The notes beneath the pieces were generated by a model that saw nothing but the letters and a program-made list of their open reading frames with translations, made no database searches and was not told the origin of the DNA. Below are positions 26,829-41,164 of a stretch of 64,000 nucleotides of DNA, piece by piece. Source of the stretch: Octopus vulgaris (taxonomy: Eukaryota); contig OX597828.1 in the NCBI GenBank assembly GCA_951406725.2, positions 7,130,001 to 7,194,000 on the forward strand, given 5' to 3'. The translations under genes and the position numbers were made by a program. Numbering within the stretch: the first letter of the stretch is position 1; each line of letters opens with the position of its first letter.

Positions 26829-27440
26829 GGGACGAGTCGGTTTATCAGCCGAGTCTATCGTCAATATTGTCACGCCTCCTTCCTTCAAACGGGAAGGAAG
26901 AGCTATTTTCATCATACTTGTGGCTATGGCGAAAGAATGTATCTGGTGGACGCGTCTAAAAGGATTGGAGACAAACACTTTCCTCTCTGGTCAATCTCTC
27001 AACAACTTCTTCAAGTATCACTTGAAAAGGAAAGTGAGAGAAGAGAGGCAAGTTTTGTCTAGCGAATGTTTCAAAAAAGATGGGTGAATGTAGCAAGGAT
27101 GGCACGTATGAATGACGAAGCCACCTTGAGCATAATCCTATGAACCCGCAAAAATTTAAAACAGAGGGTTACCTACATGCAAACAAATGTGGTACCATGT
27201 AACCGAGGTTAAGGTGGTCTTTTCCGTAGGCTTTTCTTTCCACGGATAAACTTTATCTGTTTCCCCTTTTACACTTTACATCATGACATCTCTGTGATAC
27301 ACGATCCCTATTGATCGTTTTTTTCTTTTTTACCCACCCCCCTTTTTTCTTTTTCTTTTTTTTCTTCCCAAAAAGAAAAGCTCTACTATGTAATTTGTCC
27401 CCTCTGTGTTCAGCCCTGGGTGGCTAATAAAGAAACATAT
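26829..27440 (+). mobile_element. 5'-truncated Tx1-like LINE
   Basis: Encodes GRVGLSAESIVNIV...FFKYHLKRKVR with a frameshift. Ends GGCTAATAAAGAAACATAT. 5' flank CTATCTATCTATCT; 3' flank decayed TATC/TACC. Confidence 0.88.
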
Positions 27441-28534
27441 TTGTCAATCCTTCTATCTACTTCCTACCAACCAACCTACCTACCTACCTACCTACCTACC
27501 TACCTACCTACCTACCTACCTATCGGTTTACCTATCTACCTATCAACCTACCTACATACCTTGATACTTATCTATTTATCTAGCTAGTATACATACATAC
27601 ATGCATACATACATTTACAACCATGGTTAAACATATATGTGAGTGTGCGTGTGAGAGAGAGTGTGTATGTTTGTAATTACATTTTTTTGCTTATTTAAAA
27701 AAGCGGTGTTCTATATATATGTTATGTACTTTTATATCTCGTAACTTAGCGCTTGGACAAGTAGCGTTTGCTCAAGTAAAGTAGTAGCAATAAATAAATT
27801 CTACTAATCTTTTGAAGAATCGTGTACAATGACAGAACGTACTAAATAAATAAAAGAACATATGTATATGTATACAATCATATGTGTATGTATTTTAGTA
27901 TACACACACGCACACATATACACACACACACACACACACTCATACACATGCACTATTCTATTTTACTTTTTTTCCTTCAGTTAATCTGCATTCATTGATC
28001 GATCTTCTCATTGTCCCTTTTGCCGCATATTCACAAATAAAAATCATTTATTTGCAAAGGTTTGAATGTTACATTTTCTTATTCACCACAGCCACTTATA
28101 AGTTAATGGTCTTGCGACTTTTCTCAAAAGAAATCTGAAAACAAAATAAGCTGTATTGTGATTCGTGATTGAAAGCCGGAATCAGAAATCTAATCTAGTG
28201 CAAATTGTCAATGGCTAAATTTCGAAAAATTCAGTAAGCTACTTTGTCCCGGGAAGACAAGAGCACCGACGTTTCCAGCGAAACTCTTTTACTTTACTGA
28301 CGAGCCGCTTGCCTTGAAACGTATGTATTTTTGACTTCCAGGGAAACTTGCTAAATTTTATAAAACATCTCGGGGTATAAAATAATGGAGAAATAATGTT
28401 AACTCCAGAGTGAACCTTGATAGAGAAAGAAAGGCATTTGTTATTATTGTGGAAGCAGTAGTTGTTTAACTCTGGCACCGTCCTCAACATGCGCCATTTC
28501 AAACATAAACTACCCATCTCTTTCTCTCTCTTTG

Positions 28535-28912
28535 CAGGGGTTGCTGTGTAGGCAAGAAGCTTGCATCCCTACCATGTGCTCTTCGGTTCAATCTTACTAT
28601 ACTACACCTTGAGCAAGTGTCTTCTAATATATCCTCAAACAGACCAAAGCCTTGTGAGTGGATTTGATAAGCAAAAACTGAGAGAAGCCCGATATGTGCG
28701 TGTATGTACGTGTGTGTGTGAGAGATGCTTGACAACCGGTGTTGGTTTGTTTACGTCTCCGTAATATATTGTGGTTTCGCAAGAGAGTCCGATGGAATAA
28801 GTACCAGACTTTAAAAATAAGTACCTAGGTCGATTTGTTCGACGAAACCTTTCAAAGCGGTGTCCCAGCATGGCTGCATTCCAATGACTGAAACATACAA
28901 GAGATAAAAGAT
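28535..28912 (+). mobile_element. SINE family A, older subfamily
   Basis: Diverged but colinear from head to tail. Confidence 0.78.
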
Positions 28913-28974
28913 GAAATGTCATTATTCTGTACCTGTTCTATATTATCCAAAGTATCATTTCCTATTCCTTGACT

Positions 28975-29400
28975 GTAGGACGTGATTTGAAGACGACTTT
29001 GCTGTTATATCTAGCCGATTAGGTGACTAAGTGATTCTTTCTCGTTTTCATTATTTGCGGTGAAATAATTAATATTTGTGACAGACAACTACACCAGAGA
29101 AGGAATAGTTCTGCTGAAGATTTTAACTTTACATGTATTATATGCTATACAGAAAACTAACATACCTAAATTTCCAATACGAGAGCTTATGTGCAGATAC
29201 TCGACCGGCTGGAAATAACACGCAAATTCTTTTCAAATTACCGGAGCAATTCTTCCTCTTTTTTAAGGAAAAAAAAACGGTTAGGGGACGTTGGATAATG
29301 TAATCCAGCGTGCAGAAAACATATAGGATTGTAATTACTGGAACACCGTAACCATCCAGGATGTTAGATTTGCCAGATCAGACCCAGGTTCAGTTGAACT
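28975..29400. mobile_element. Decayed repeat family E fragments
   Basis: Motif resembling GATTTGGCTGCTATTTCTAG / CTAGAAATAGCAG recurs at about 18635, 28990, 29200, 34525, 37415, 43680 and 45990. Confidence 0.45.
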
Positions 29401-30134
29401 TTTGCTGATATGTTTCTCGGTTTAGCACCAGCACTTGGTCCTCCTTGAGTGCCTTTATCGGAGTTCAGTCTGTTTCGAACATTCGAGTCAATCACCGTTC
29501 TAAGGATAATTTTTTCCCATCAGGTTCGGGGGATTTGGAAAGAATCGAAACCGCTGCCGTTCTTCCTGTCTCTAAGCTATTTAACTCCATCTCCAAGACA
29601 ATAAGAATCCCAACAAGACCCTCAGTGCTTTTGTTTTAACTGTATTGTTTATTGCCGGCACAGCACAGCACCACCGCCATCAGCCTTTGTTGATTACCAG
29701 GTACTTCTTAAATGACACAAGTGCCATTTAAGCATTTAAGAGACCAATTAGACGTTTTTTTAAATAGTCACAAGGCCTCGAATTTGGAGTGAAGCACAAT
29801 GGGTTTCTCTTGAGCACCCCACCCATAACACTTCATTGGTACTTCATTTTATCAACTCTGGACGGGAAAATACAAAACTGATCTCAGTGAGATTTGATCT
29901 CAGAACGGTAAAGACCCTCAGTTAATACCACAAGGCAATTTTCCGATGTAAAACGTTTCTGCCAATTACTTGGTGATTTGGTTGGTGATCTCAACCAATT
30001 AGTTGCCCAAATTCAAAGTAATTGTATTGAAGGAACAGCATTATCAGTATTATCAAACTGGAATCAAATCTATTTCTGCTATCATTCGAATTTAAGTTCT
30101 CGATGCAAGAAAAAAGCAAAACAATCAAACTACA

Positions 30135-30355
30135 TATCGGCTTCAAATTTTGGCATTAGGTCAGTAATTTGGGGGAAGGGAATAAGTCGATGAAATTGAC
30201 CCCCAGTACGCAACTGGTACTTATTTTATCGACCCCTGAAGGGAGGAAAGGCAAATTCGACCTTGGCAGAATTTGAACTCAGAACGTAACGACGGACGAA
30301 ATACTGCTGAGCTTTTCTTTCGGCGTACTTAACGATTCTGACAGATCGCCGCCTT
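30135..30355 (-). mobile_element. SINE family B
   Basis: Full reverse-complement match from head GGCGGCGA.. to tail CCAAAATTTGAAGCC. A further decayed copy lies at 29765-29970. Confidence 0.82.
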
Positions 30356-30968
30356 AAACAAGCTAAATACCGCTGCCTTATAACAGAGACATGCATTGTC
30401 GTGAAGAGAAGTATTCGACTGAATAAACTCCCTATTTACATTTGATATTTTACTCGCCGAAAGAGTCAATGAAGGCCTCTCTACGTGGTAAGTTGGCCTA
30501 TCTGAAATAACAGATAAATCTATTTCTGCTGTCTCAAAAAAAGAACAAGGAACATAAAAAAATATTCCGCAACGTAAGTCGTGTAAACTCAATGCTGGTT
30601 CCTATCCATAGCAAGATCAACAGCTTCATTAAATCTGGTTATGCCCAAATTAACTGATGAAGTGTGTACATTTCAAATCTCCTCCAACACAATGTAGATG
30701 TCTTGTTTGGTGTTGGCAATGCAAAAGATTTCTAGATGTACAAAAATCTGCATCGTATCTAATACATTGTTTTTCTTAATCAGAGTTTTCTTTGGTCAAT
30801 GTTAAACTGAGGCTAAATCGCACCAACAAAATTAATTAGGACTTACTTGATCGATCTTAGGATGAATGAAAGTGACTGCTGACATTGACGGGATTCGAAT
30901 TCAAAATATCAAGAGATAAGACTAAAAGTTACTAGGAATTTTGTTCTAAGACTCAACTCAACAAAATG

Positions 30969-31270
30969 GTTGTTGTTTGTTCTTTCTCGAGTCACGCCTG
31001 GTTCATTAGGACCGGTTTCCTTGGCGTATAGGCTACCCCACCTGGACAGGACGCCAGTCCGTTGCAGGTGAGCTGCAAGATGCAAGAGGAAAGAGTGAGA
31101 GAAAGTTGTGGCAAAAGAGTCAGCAGAAGTTCGCCATTACCTTCTGCCGGAGCCGCGTGGAACTTAGGTGTTTCGCTCATAAACACACACATCGCCCGGT
31201 CTGAGATTCGAACCCGCGATCCCTCGACCGCGAGTCCGCTGCTCTACCTACTAGGTGATGTGCATCCACA
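30969..31270 (-). mobile_element. SINE family C, tail type 3
   Basis: Family C head and body up to CACAACTTTCTCTCACTCTT, then the tail CTGCAACGGACTGGCGTCCTGTCCAGG...(CAA)n. Confidence 0.8.
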
Positions 31271-31769
31271 AACTAAATGGTAATTGTCATAAATAATCTA
31301 TATACTTTAAATATTAATCAAATGAATTAATCTAGTCTGAATGTTAATTATCATAAATTATCCAGTTTAAATATTAATTATCATATATTATCTAGTCACC
31401 TGCGATGTCTTCCGAACTTGCAATAATATCCTGTTTTCCACTCATATATAAATTTAGCGTCACGGGTATATTACAGAAGAATTAACTTTACCGATTCAGC
31501 ATTTGATGTTGTCATAGCTTCCTAAACTTTCTGTTAAATCCAATTGCGTCAATGGGCAAATTGTATTTGCCTTCGAAACAATTATATAATAGGTTATTTC
31601 AGTAAGTTCAACTTCATTGAGGAATGTTCTGGGTGCGCCATATGAGTGCAGCGCACCCTCACAGCGATATGAACTTTTTAATTAAATACCAGTTCTGTTT
31701 TAGTAGTATTGTGATAGTATCTGAACATATTTTGTTTTCTAAGTTAATAATACACTGCAAAGCCTAGAA

Positions 31770-32210
31770 GGAACTTTTCGGTTTGAACGGCAGTTTTTTC
31801 TAGCGGTGTCATATGAAATTGTCACCCATAATTATGACCCTAGTATCAATCTATTGCATTTCAATCTGTTTTAAGGTTAGGGTTGGTTAGGGTTAGGGTT
31901 TGGGTTAGGGGTGAGGGGAAGGGTATCTTTTTTTCTTCAGAAATGTAAATAAACCCAATCTGTTTCTTAAACGAGGGACATATTCATACGGCACAGAATG
32001 TTTTCACCTCAATAGTCATCATTGATTGGTTGAAATTGCAGAAATTGAAGAAAAAAACAACAACAAATATCTTACAAACTATAGAATTTTCTCAATAAAG
32101 CCAATAGAAAAAGATGTTTTATAAACACATTCTACCAGTATACGAAGTTTAAAAGTGTTTAGTTACGTGGAAATTATTAAAAAAAACTGCCGTTCAAACC
32201 GAAAAGATCC
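31770..32210 (+). mobile_element. MITE copy 3
   Basis: Same TIRs. TSD GCCTAGAA at 31762-31769 and 32211-32218. About 6 TTAGGG-like units at 31871-31910. Confidence 0.93.
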
Positions 32211-32297
32211 GCCTAGAACTAACTCATGTCCGTGTATTATTTTGTGTAAAAATAACCCAAGGTTCCTACTTTCAAATTAATATTTGTGCTAGAGGAA

Positions 32298-32522
32298 GAT
32301 GGCGAGCTGGAAGAATCATTCGCTTGCTAGGCAAAATGCTTAGCAGTATTTCGTCCGTTTTTACGTTATAAGTTCAAATTCTGCCGGGGTAGACTCTGCC
32401 TTTCATCGTTTCGAGGTCGATAAAATAAGTACCAGTTGAGTAATGGAGGAGCGGGGGTCGATTTAATCGACTTAGCCCCCTCCCTCCAAACTGCTGGCCT
32501 TGTGCTAAAATTTGAAACCAAT
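32298..32522 (+). mobile_element. SINE family B
   Basis: GGCGAGCTGG head, GCCTTTCATCG..GAGGTCGATAAAATAAGTACCAG body, AAATTTGAAACCAAT tail. Confidence 0.85.
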
Positions 32523-32675
32523 ATATGTACCACAGTAGTAGATTCAGCATGGTAACACAACTTGTGACAATAAACAGTGAACAACACTAACATCTAAGTT
32601 TTTGACCCTTGACATTTGTCTAAAAGCGACAAACAAGGAGACATTTACTTGCTCTCACTAGCCTTGTCTCTCTCA

Positions 32676-32748
<73 letters not shown>

Positions 32749-32811
32749 TTACAATGTGTTTATTATGGTGTTTATTATGGTAGTTATGACTACCATTCAT
32801 GTATAGTAATG

Positions 32812-32864
<53 letters not shown>

Positions 32865-33144
32865 ATGTGTGTATGTGTGTGTGTGTGTAGTGTATTATAA
32901 CCATGTAGTCTAAAACAAAACTTCTAAATATGACTTAGCCAGAAGGTAGGATTGTCTTCCGCTCTTTGCTTGTTCATCTCTTGATTGGGTCTTAGAGGAA
33001 ACTCTTTTGAAATATAGCTTGTTTTGTTCGTAGAAGCTTAGCAGTGACCATTCGTCTCCGAGTTCAACTTCAGCTAACTTCCTCGAGTGTGCAAAATTGT
33101 GAAGAAGAAAAGAAATTAATTCTAGCAGAGGGCTTTATATTTTA

Positions 33145-33534
33145 CTAGCAGTATCGCCCGGCGTTGCTCGGGTTTGTTTCGACCCTTTAGAATTGGAATT
33201 TTTGAAAAGTAAAAATTTTGCATTATGCACCTTGTTATTCTCTTTAAGTGAGCATTTTTCTGGTTGAAACACACCGAAAAATGGCGACACAGCAGTCAAA
33301 ACATCGTAAAAAATAGGGATTTACGTAGAAAAAAGCACCTTTTTGATGTAAATAATTTTTGGTGTTATCATGGTCCGATTTGAATTTTTTCTTCAACAGA
33401 AGGAAGAGCAAGCCTTTTTCTATCATACTTTCAATTTGGTCAACTTGCGCCGCAAGGTCTCGGAGGAGATAGTGTTAGTTGAAGGCTACCAAACTTGCCA
33501 TACACAGACAACTTCAGCTTTATATAGAGAGAGA
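33145..33534 (-). mobile_element. Non-autonomous Helitron
   Basis: On the minus strand it starts TC and ends with hairpin CCCGAGCAACGCCGGG followed by CGATACTG-CTAG. Inserted between A and T with no TSD. Confidence 0.85.
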
Positions 33535-33566
33535 TTAATGAATAGAGAGACTCCTCTCTCTAAAAC

Positions 33567-33899
33567 TATGGCCATGCTGGAGCACCGCCTTTAGTCGAGC
33601 AAATCGACACCAAGACTTATTCTTTGTAAGCCTAGTACTTATTCTATCGGTCTCTTTTGCCGAAACGCTAAGTTACGGGTACGTAAACACACCAGCATCG
33701 GTTGTCAAGCGATGTTGGAGGGACAAACACAGACACACAACACACACACATACATATACACGACGGGCTTCTTTCAGTTTCCGTCTACGAAATCCACTCA
33801 CAAAGCTTTGGTCGGCCTGAGGCTATAGTAGAAGACACTTGCCCATGGTGCAACGCAGTGGGACTGAACCCGTAAGCAAGCTACTTACCCCACAGCCAT
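33567..33899 (-). mobile_element. SINE family A, partial
   Basis: Family A body and most of the tail. Confidence 0.85.
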
Positions 33900-35084
33900 A
33901 TTATTTCAGCAAGTTTAGAGTGATTTGATTTTCTCTTTGTGCCGTAAACCATCAACCATATCTGTGGTGCCCCCAATCCCTTGATGTCCAAAGCAAATGC
34001 TTATTTTGCTTAATTGTTAATCAGGCGCTGGCTCGGTGGGATTTGAACATTTTCCTCTCACCACGACACCCCTAACGACTCCAGCTGTTTTCTTTAGTAA
34101 TGTAACTTACAACATTTAGTTACTGTTTATCCAGAAAGTGAGTCAGGTCTAGCTGAAAATGACGGCATATTTGGTAATTGGCCAGGATATCACATGCTTG
34201 GGTGTATCACGTCTTGTGTAAGATATCTTTCAAGAGACTACAGGAAAACGTTAAATTCTAATAAACACTGATAAACACTTCTTTCCTACTTTTGAAGCTT
34301 TTACACATGTAACAATGTAAAATGAAAGAAAGTAAGAAGGAAAGAAAGAACGAAAGAAAGAAAGACAATATGCCTCTAGTAGTTGCTTTCTAAGCCCAGC
34401 TCGTACCTTATCGGACTGTCATGATGAGAAACGTTACGATTGTGACAGTCTTATCTGCATAATTTTGGGTCTACGTTCTCCAATGTAACCTTCTTTATTT
34501 AAGACATTATGTATGATTTCAAAAATATTTAGCTATTATTTCATGCAGGTCTTAAGAACATGAGAAAGTCTGCAGGTAGATGAGATGGCGGGGACGACAG
34601 AACAAAAAATCCCTAAGATAGGTACAAAGGGGAACGATCAAGGGATTAAATCTAACCACCCCACTTTTTTTTTTAAAACTTGTTCTTTATTTTAGGCATC
34701 TCAGATCCTAAAAGTGACGTCACAAGTTGATCGCGGCGAGAGTTGAACTAAGAACGAATAGGGTTGTAACTAATTACCGCAAGGCAACTTTGTCCGTCAC
34801 TTCGCCACTTCGGTTCATTCACTATCTCGTGATAGAAACGCCAGAATGTCAGTTCTGTGATTTTGTGTTCTGAGATCAAATCTAAGTATTGATCTCTCTC
34901 CCCCCCTCTCTCACTCTCTCTCTCCTTCTTTCTCTGAACTCAAATATAAATATAAATAAAAATTCAGTGCCAATAATATACTGTGTTGTTTTCATTAATG
35001 ATAGCCCTTTTCTGTTAGTATGTTGCCATATGCTTAATATGAAACACATTGGTTCAATCCAGCCAGACACAGTGGCCAATTATC

Positions 35085-35523
35085 GGATCTTTTCGGTTTG
35101 AACGGCAGTTTTTTCTAGCGGTGTCATATGAAATTGTCACCCATAATTATGACCCTAGAATCGATCTATTGCATTTCAATCTCTTTTAGGTTCAGGATTA
35201 GTTAGAGTTAGGGTTAGGGTTAGTGTTGGGGGAAGGGTATCTTTTTTTCTTCACAAATGTAAATAAACCCAATCTGTTTCTTAAACGAGGGACATATTCA
35301 TACGGCATAGAATGTTTTTTTTACCTCAATAGACAACATTGATTGGTTGAAATTGCAGAAATTGAAGAAAAAAACAACAACTATCTTACAAACTATAAAA
35401 TTTTCTCAATAAAGCCAAGAGAAAAAGATGTTTTATATACACAGTCTACCAGTATACGAAGTTTAAAATTTTTTGGTTACCTAGAAATTATGTTAAAAAT
35501 TGCCGTTCAAACCGAAAAGATCC
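35085..35523 (+). mobile_element. MITE copy 4
   Basis: Same TIRs. TSD CAATTATC at 35077-35084 and 35524-35531. TTAGGG-like run at 35186-35231. Confidence 0.93.
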
Positions 35524-35954
35524 CAATTATCGTCTAATCAACCTTTTTCACTGTCTTAAGTGAAGTGGCGAACTGGCAGAATTGTTCGAGCATAAAAGAC
35601 AACACCTTGCTGTGTTTGTCCCGGTTCTCTGCGCTCCGAAGTCAAATCAAATCGAGATTAACCACAACTTTCATTCTTTCACAGTCGGCAAAATAAAATT
35701 GGCAATGCAGGACTGGGCGGTGGAGTAGCGGAAGTGTTAGGTCATCACACGTGATGCCTTGTAGTATTTCTTCCGGCGCTTTGCACTTTGAGTTCAAATC
35801 TTACCTTGGCCTACTTAGGTGATGAACTTAATCCGTCACCCTTAGTTAACGACATCCTTGGGTATTTTTAGCAGATCTCACTATTTTGCAAGCGTTCAAA
35901 TCAGGTCAGACGTCTGAGAACAGCTTTGTCCTTTTCTCCCACCATTCTTGGAGA

Positions 35955-36167
35955 TACTCTTTACTCTCTATCTTGTACTTGTTTCAGTCATTTGACTGCG
36001 GCCATGCTGGAGCACCGCCTTTAGTCGAGCAAATCGACCGCAGGACTTATTCTTTGTAAGCCTAGTACTTATTCTATCGGTATCTTTTGCCGAACCGCTA
36101 ACTTACGGGTGTGTAAAAACACCAGCATCGGTTGTCAAGCGATGTTGGGGAGACAAACACCGACGTA

Positions 36168-36249
<82 letters not shown>

Positions 36250-36403
36250 TACATATATACGACGGGTTTCTTTCAGTTTCCTTCTATCAAATCCACTCAC
36301 AAGGCTTTGGCCGGCCCAAGACTATAGTAGAAGACATTTGCCCAATGTGGGACTGAACACGGAACCATGTGGTTGGTAAGCAAGCAACTTACCACAGGCC
36401 ACT
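35955..36403 (-). mobile_element. SINE family A
   Basis: Colinear copy with internal (CA)n(TA)n. Confidence 0.88.
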
Positions 36404-36804
36404 CAAAAAAAAAAAAAGAAAAACAAAGAAAAGAACCGGGTGTTGTCCGTTCTCTTTGGACTGAATGATTTTAAGAAAGGATTGTCATGGCTGGAACTTC
36501 TTTGATCATAGGTCTTCTCAACCAGTTCTGACTTGCGACTAACCAACACCTTTATCATTAGGTCATATAGTGACAACAACTGAGTTTACGTTCCGCTTTC
36601 GAATTTAGTGAGGAAGAATTTACTTCCTGTCTCGGGGTGGATTAGATAATTCAAATAGAGAGTATCAACCATAATTACCCTTTAAATTCCTTTGGTCAAC
36701 CGGAAACTAGAGCTCAAAGACAGATCGAACACGGAAACTTGTGGTAGTGACGCTACCTTCTGAACCACACGACTGTTTTTTTTTATGTGTTTTTTTGTTT
36801 TTCA

Positions 36805-37125
36805 TTATCTTACTTGATTCGGTCATTAGATTGCGGCCATGCTGGTGCACCACCAGGAAGAATCTTAATTTTTTGTCGAATGAAATTTTAAAAAACTTGG
36901 TGCTTAGTCTATCGGTCTCTTTTTCCGAACCGCTAATTTACAGGAATGTAAACACACCAACACCGGTTGCCAAGCGGTGGTTAGAGACAAACACACATAT
37001 ACTCGACTTCCATCTACCTGAGGCTATAGTACTAGACACTTTGCCCAAGGTGCCATGCATTGGGACTGAACCAGGAACCACGTGGTTGGGAAGTAAACAG
37101 CTTACCACACTGCCACTCCTGCGCC
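36805..37125 (-). mobile_element. SINE family A, diverged with internal deletion
   Basis: Head and tail motifs are recognisable. Another decayed (+) copy lies at 37495-37835. Confidence 0.72.
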
Positions 37126-38194
37126 AATGACATATCTATGTCAATATAGTAATTTGGCTTTGTGCTTATGACCATATCGAGTTGAATGTACCAGCGCTTG
37201 TTTGACCACAGAAGTTAAACAACGCTGATCAGATTTAATATTCACATGGGTGATATCATGGGAAACCTAGTTACAATGAGCAAACAGCATTCCTTATCAC
37301 GCAGAACTATGATAAAAGGCGTCCTTGACGTGACCATTCCGCCTATTTGTAAATCAGTTACTGTGCTATTCAATGTGTCCATATTTAAGAGACGGTAGGG
37401 TGTAGTTTGAAGGAGATTTGGCTGCTATTTCTAATTGATCAAACGACTAAATAGTGGCTTGTATATTTCTATATTTACATAATGTGTATATGCGAGCATA
37501 GCTAAGTGGTTAAAAAGCTCGCTTCTGAACCACGTGGTTTCAGGTTCAGTCCCACTGCGCGACATCTTCAGCAAGTGTCTTTACACTGTAGAGCTTGTTT
37601 TGTGAGTTGGGTTTGGTAACTGCACGAAACTGTACCGTAGCCGGTCACAGTTTGACAGAAGTGTGTGTGTGTGTGTGTTAACGTGTATGTCTCCTATTGC
37701 TTAATAACCGGTGTTGGTTTGATAACGCCCTGGCAAAAAAAAATATACTTAAAATAAATACTGTATGACGAAACACTTCAAAGTAGTTTCCCAGGATGGT
37801 CGCAGACCAATAACTAAAACAAAGCAAATATATAAAAAAAAAAAAATTAGGAGCGTGAACATCTTTATGTTGTTTAGTTCCAGATCAGCTTTGAAATAAA
37901 AAAAACAAACATCTATGATTCAGGGCATTTTCACAATGCTTGTCCCATTTTCCCCCTCAGGCAAGTCGAGTCACGATATAAAGGCTCCCCAACACTGGCT
38001 GTTTTCATTTTGTACATGTGCAACATAGATAAAGCAGGTGCTTCTTTGAATGAACCTGAGTATTTTATACGACTATGTCTACCTAAGACTATGTTAAATG
38101 AATAGCACACGAGTGAATGAGTCAAATGAAATAAGCGAGTGGCAGAAAGGAAGAAGGGGAAAGAAAAAAAGGAGAGAGAGAGACAATAGGGAGA

Positions 38195-38243
<49 letters not shown>

Positions 38244-38613
38244 TGCGGCAGCAGCAGCAGCAGTCGTCCTTGAGTGTGTATGGGTGCACGCGCGAAAACC
38301 TACCTAAAAGCAAACGGTAGCGCGAAGTGTAAAAAAAAAAAAATCAAAAACAAAAAGAACCGGGTGGGGAAAGGAATTAGGGCAGATAAGACAATTCATT
38401 GTGTTGTGTGTGTGTGTGTGTGCGTTTGTGTGTGTGTGCGTGCGTTTGTGTGTGTGTGATAAGAATTGCAGCAGAGTAGGAAAGTATGATATAGACGCAC
38501 GAAGCGGGAAAAGTAAAATATAAATACCTATACATTCAACATACACACACACACACATATATACAAACAGATAGACACGCGAATGTATATATATATGTAT
38601 ACACATACACACA

Positions 38614-38656
<43 letters not shown>

Positions 38657-38658
<2 letters not shown>

Positions 38659-39297
38659 TCTTTTTCTCTTTTAGTTGTTTCAGTCATGTGACTGTGGCCA
38701 TGCTGGAGCACCGCCTTTAGTCAAGCAATGGATCCCAGGGCTTATTCTTTGTTAGCCTAGTACTTATTCTATCGGTCAGTTTCGCCGAACCGCTAAGTTA
38801 CGGGGACATAAACACACCAGCATCAGTTGTCAAGCGATCTTGGTGGGGACAAACATATACACACACACACATTTATTTACATATATACGACGAGCTTCTT
38901 TCCGAGGTTATTGTAGAAGACACTTACCCAAGGTTCCGGGTACACGGAACCATGTGGTTCGTAAGCAAACTATTTACCACACAGCCACTCCTACGCCTAT
39001 ATATATATACATATATACATATATATGTGTGAGTGTGTGTGTATGTATGTATGTACGTATGTATTCTTTTATACTTTTATATTTGTTTCAGTCATTTGAC
39101 TACAGCCATGCTGGAGCACCGCTTTTAGTCGAATAAATCAATCCCAGGACTTCTCTGTAAGCTTAGTACTTATTCTATCGGTCTATTTTGCCGATTCGCT
39201 AGAATACAAGGACGTAAACACACCAGCATCGGTTGTCAGACAATGGTGGTGTTGGTGGTGGGTGAAACAAACGCACAAATACAAATACACACACACA

Positions 39298-39366
<69 letters not shown>

Positions 39367-39619
39367 GTGTATATATATATATACACACACACATATATAT
39401 GTATATACATATTCTTTTATTCTTTTATCTGTTCCAGTCATTTGACTACGGCCATGCGGGAGCACCGCCTTTAGTCGAGCAAATCGACCCCAGGACTTAT
39501 TCTTTGTAAACCTAGTACTAATTCTATCGGTCTCTTTTGCTGAACCGCCATGTTACGGGGACGCAAACACACCTGCATCGGTTCTCAAGTGATGTTGTGG
39601 GAGTGGGTTGGTAACACAG

Positions 39620-39665
<46 letters not shown>

Positions 39666-39826
39666 GACGGGCTTCTTTCTGTTTCTGCCTACCAAATCCA
39701 CTCACAAGGCTTTGGTCGGCCTAAGGCTATGGTAGAAGACACTTGCCCAAGTTGCCAAGCAGTGGGACCGAACCCGGAACCATATGGTTGGGAAGCAAGC
39801 TTCTTACCAAACAGCCACGCCTGCGC
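38657..39826 (-). mobile_element. Three head-to-tail SINE family A copies
   Basis: Copies at 38657-38998, 39063-39300 (3' half) and 39411-39826, separated by TA/TG microsatellites. Confidence 0.87.
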
Positions 39827-39887
39827 ATATATGAAAATAATCAAAGCCTTTTCACTATCGGTGAGAAATTTAAAGCATAAAACCCAG

Positions 39888-40317
39888 AACATACGTACGT
39901 ACATACATACATACATACATACATACATACATACATACATACATACATACTTGCATGCATACATACATACATACATACATACATACATACATACATACAT
40001 ACATACATACATACATACATACGTACGTACATACATACATACATACATACAAACATACATACATACTTGCATACATACATACATACATACATACATACAT
40101 ACATACATACATACATAAATACATACATACATACATACATACATACAATACAATACAATACATACATACATACATACATACATACATACATACATACATA
40201 CATACACACATACATACATGCAAACATACATACATACATACATACAAACATACATACATACATACATACATACATAAATACATACATACATACATACATA
40301 CTTGCATGCATACATAC
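39888..40317. repeat. (TACA)n microsatellite
   Basis: About 430 nt with recurring variant units. Confidence 0.95.
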
Positions 40318-40774
40318 TTTACTCAGTCATTATCTACAATGCATTTTTTCACCTATTACATACATACACACAAGCAGAAACATGCGCATACATACATGCA
40401 TACATACTTTTACAGATACACGTGAGGCATTCTTTTTGTGAAGGCTCTTTCATCCATTCCCCCTTTATATAGAATTTCACACACGCATACTCCCTATTCC
40501 CACATACTGGACCACACGCATGCCTACAAAAGAGGCACCAAATTCATGCAGGCATACATATATACATATATCCTTGCATACATACAGGTATATTACACAT
40601 GCACACCCACCCACCCACATTTATATACCTATATATTAACATTTATAGACATATAGGAATGTATATATATATATATATATATAGCCATATACATATATAA
40701 TACACTTACACATACAAACACACATGTATATATGTATATATGTATTTATATATATATATATATACGTATATATA

Positions 40775-40837
<63 letters not shown>

Positions 40838-40994
40838 TTATATCTACCTGTGTATATATGTATGTATATCTATATATACATATATATAAATATGTATACA
40901 TACATATATTTACGTGTATATGTGTATATAGTTAGGCAGATAGATAGATAGATACATACATACATACATACATACAAACATATATACATATATG

Positions 40995-41062
<68 letters not shown>

Positions 41063-41133
41063 CATACATACATACATACATACATACGTACGTACGTAGA
41101 TGGATACATAGATATACATCCATCCATCCATAC

Positions 41134-41164
<31 letters not shown>

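Noticed and set aside
31871-31910. Telomere or chromosome-fusion scar
   Set aside because: The TTAGGG units are internal to a MITE at the same position in each copy.
38090-38530. AP-1 (TGAGTCA) and E2F-like (GCGCGAAA, GCGGGAAA) motif cluster
   Set aside because: Short motifs in low-complexity sequence are insufficient without functional data.
38657-39826. CRISPR-like repeat-spacer pattern
   Set aside because: The repeats are SINE tails hundreds of bases long in a eukaryotic context, with no cas genes.
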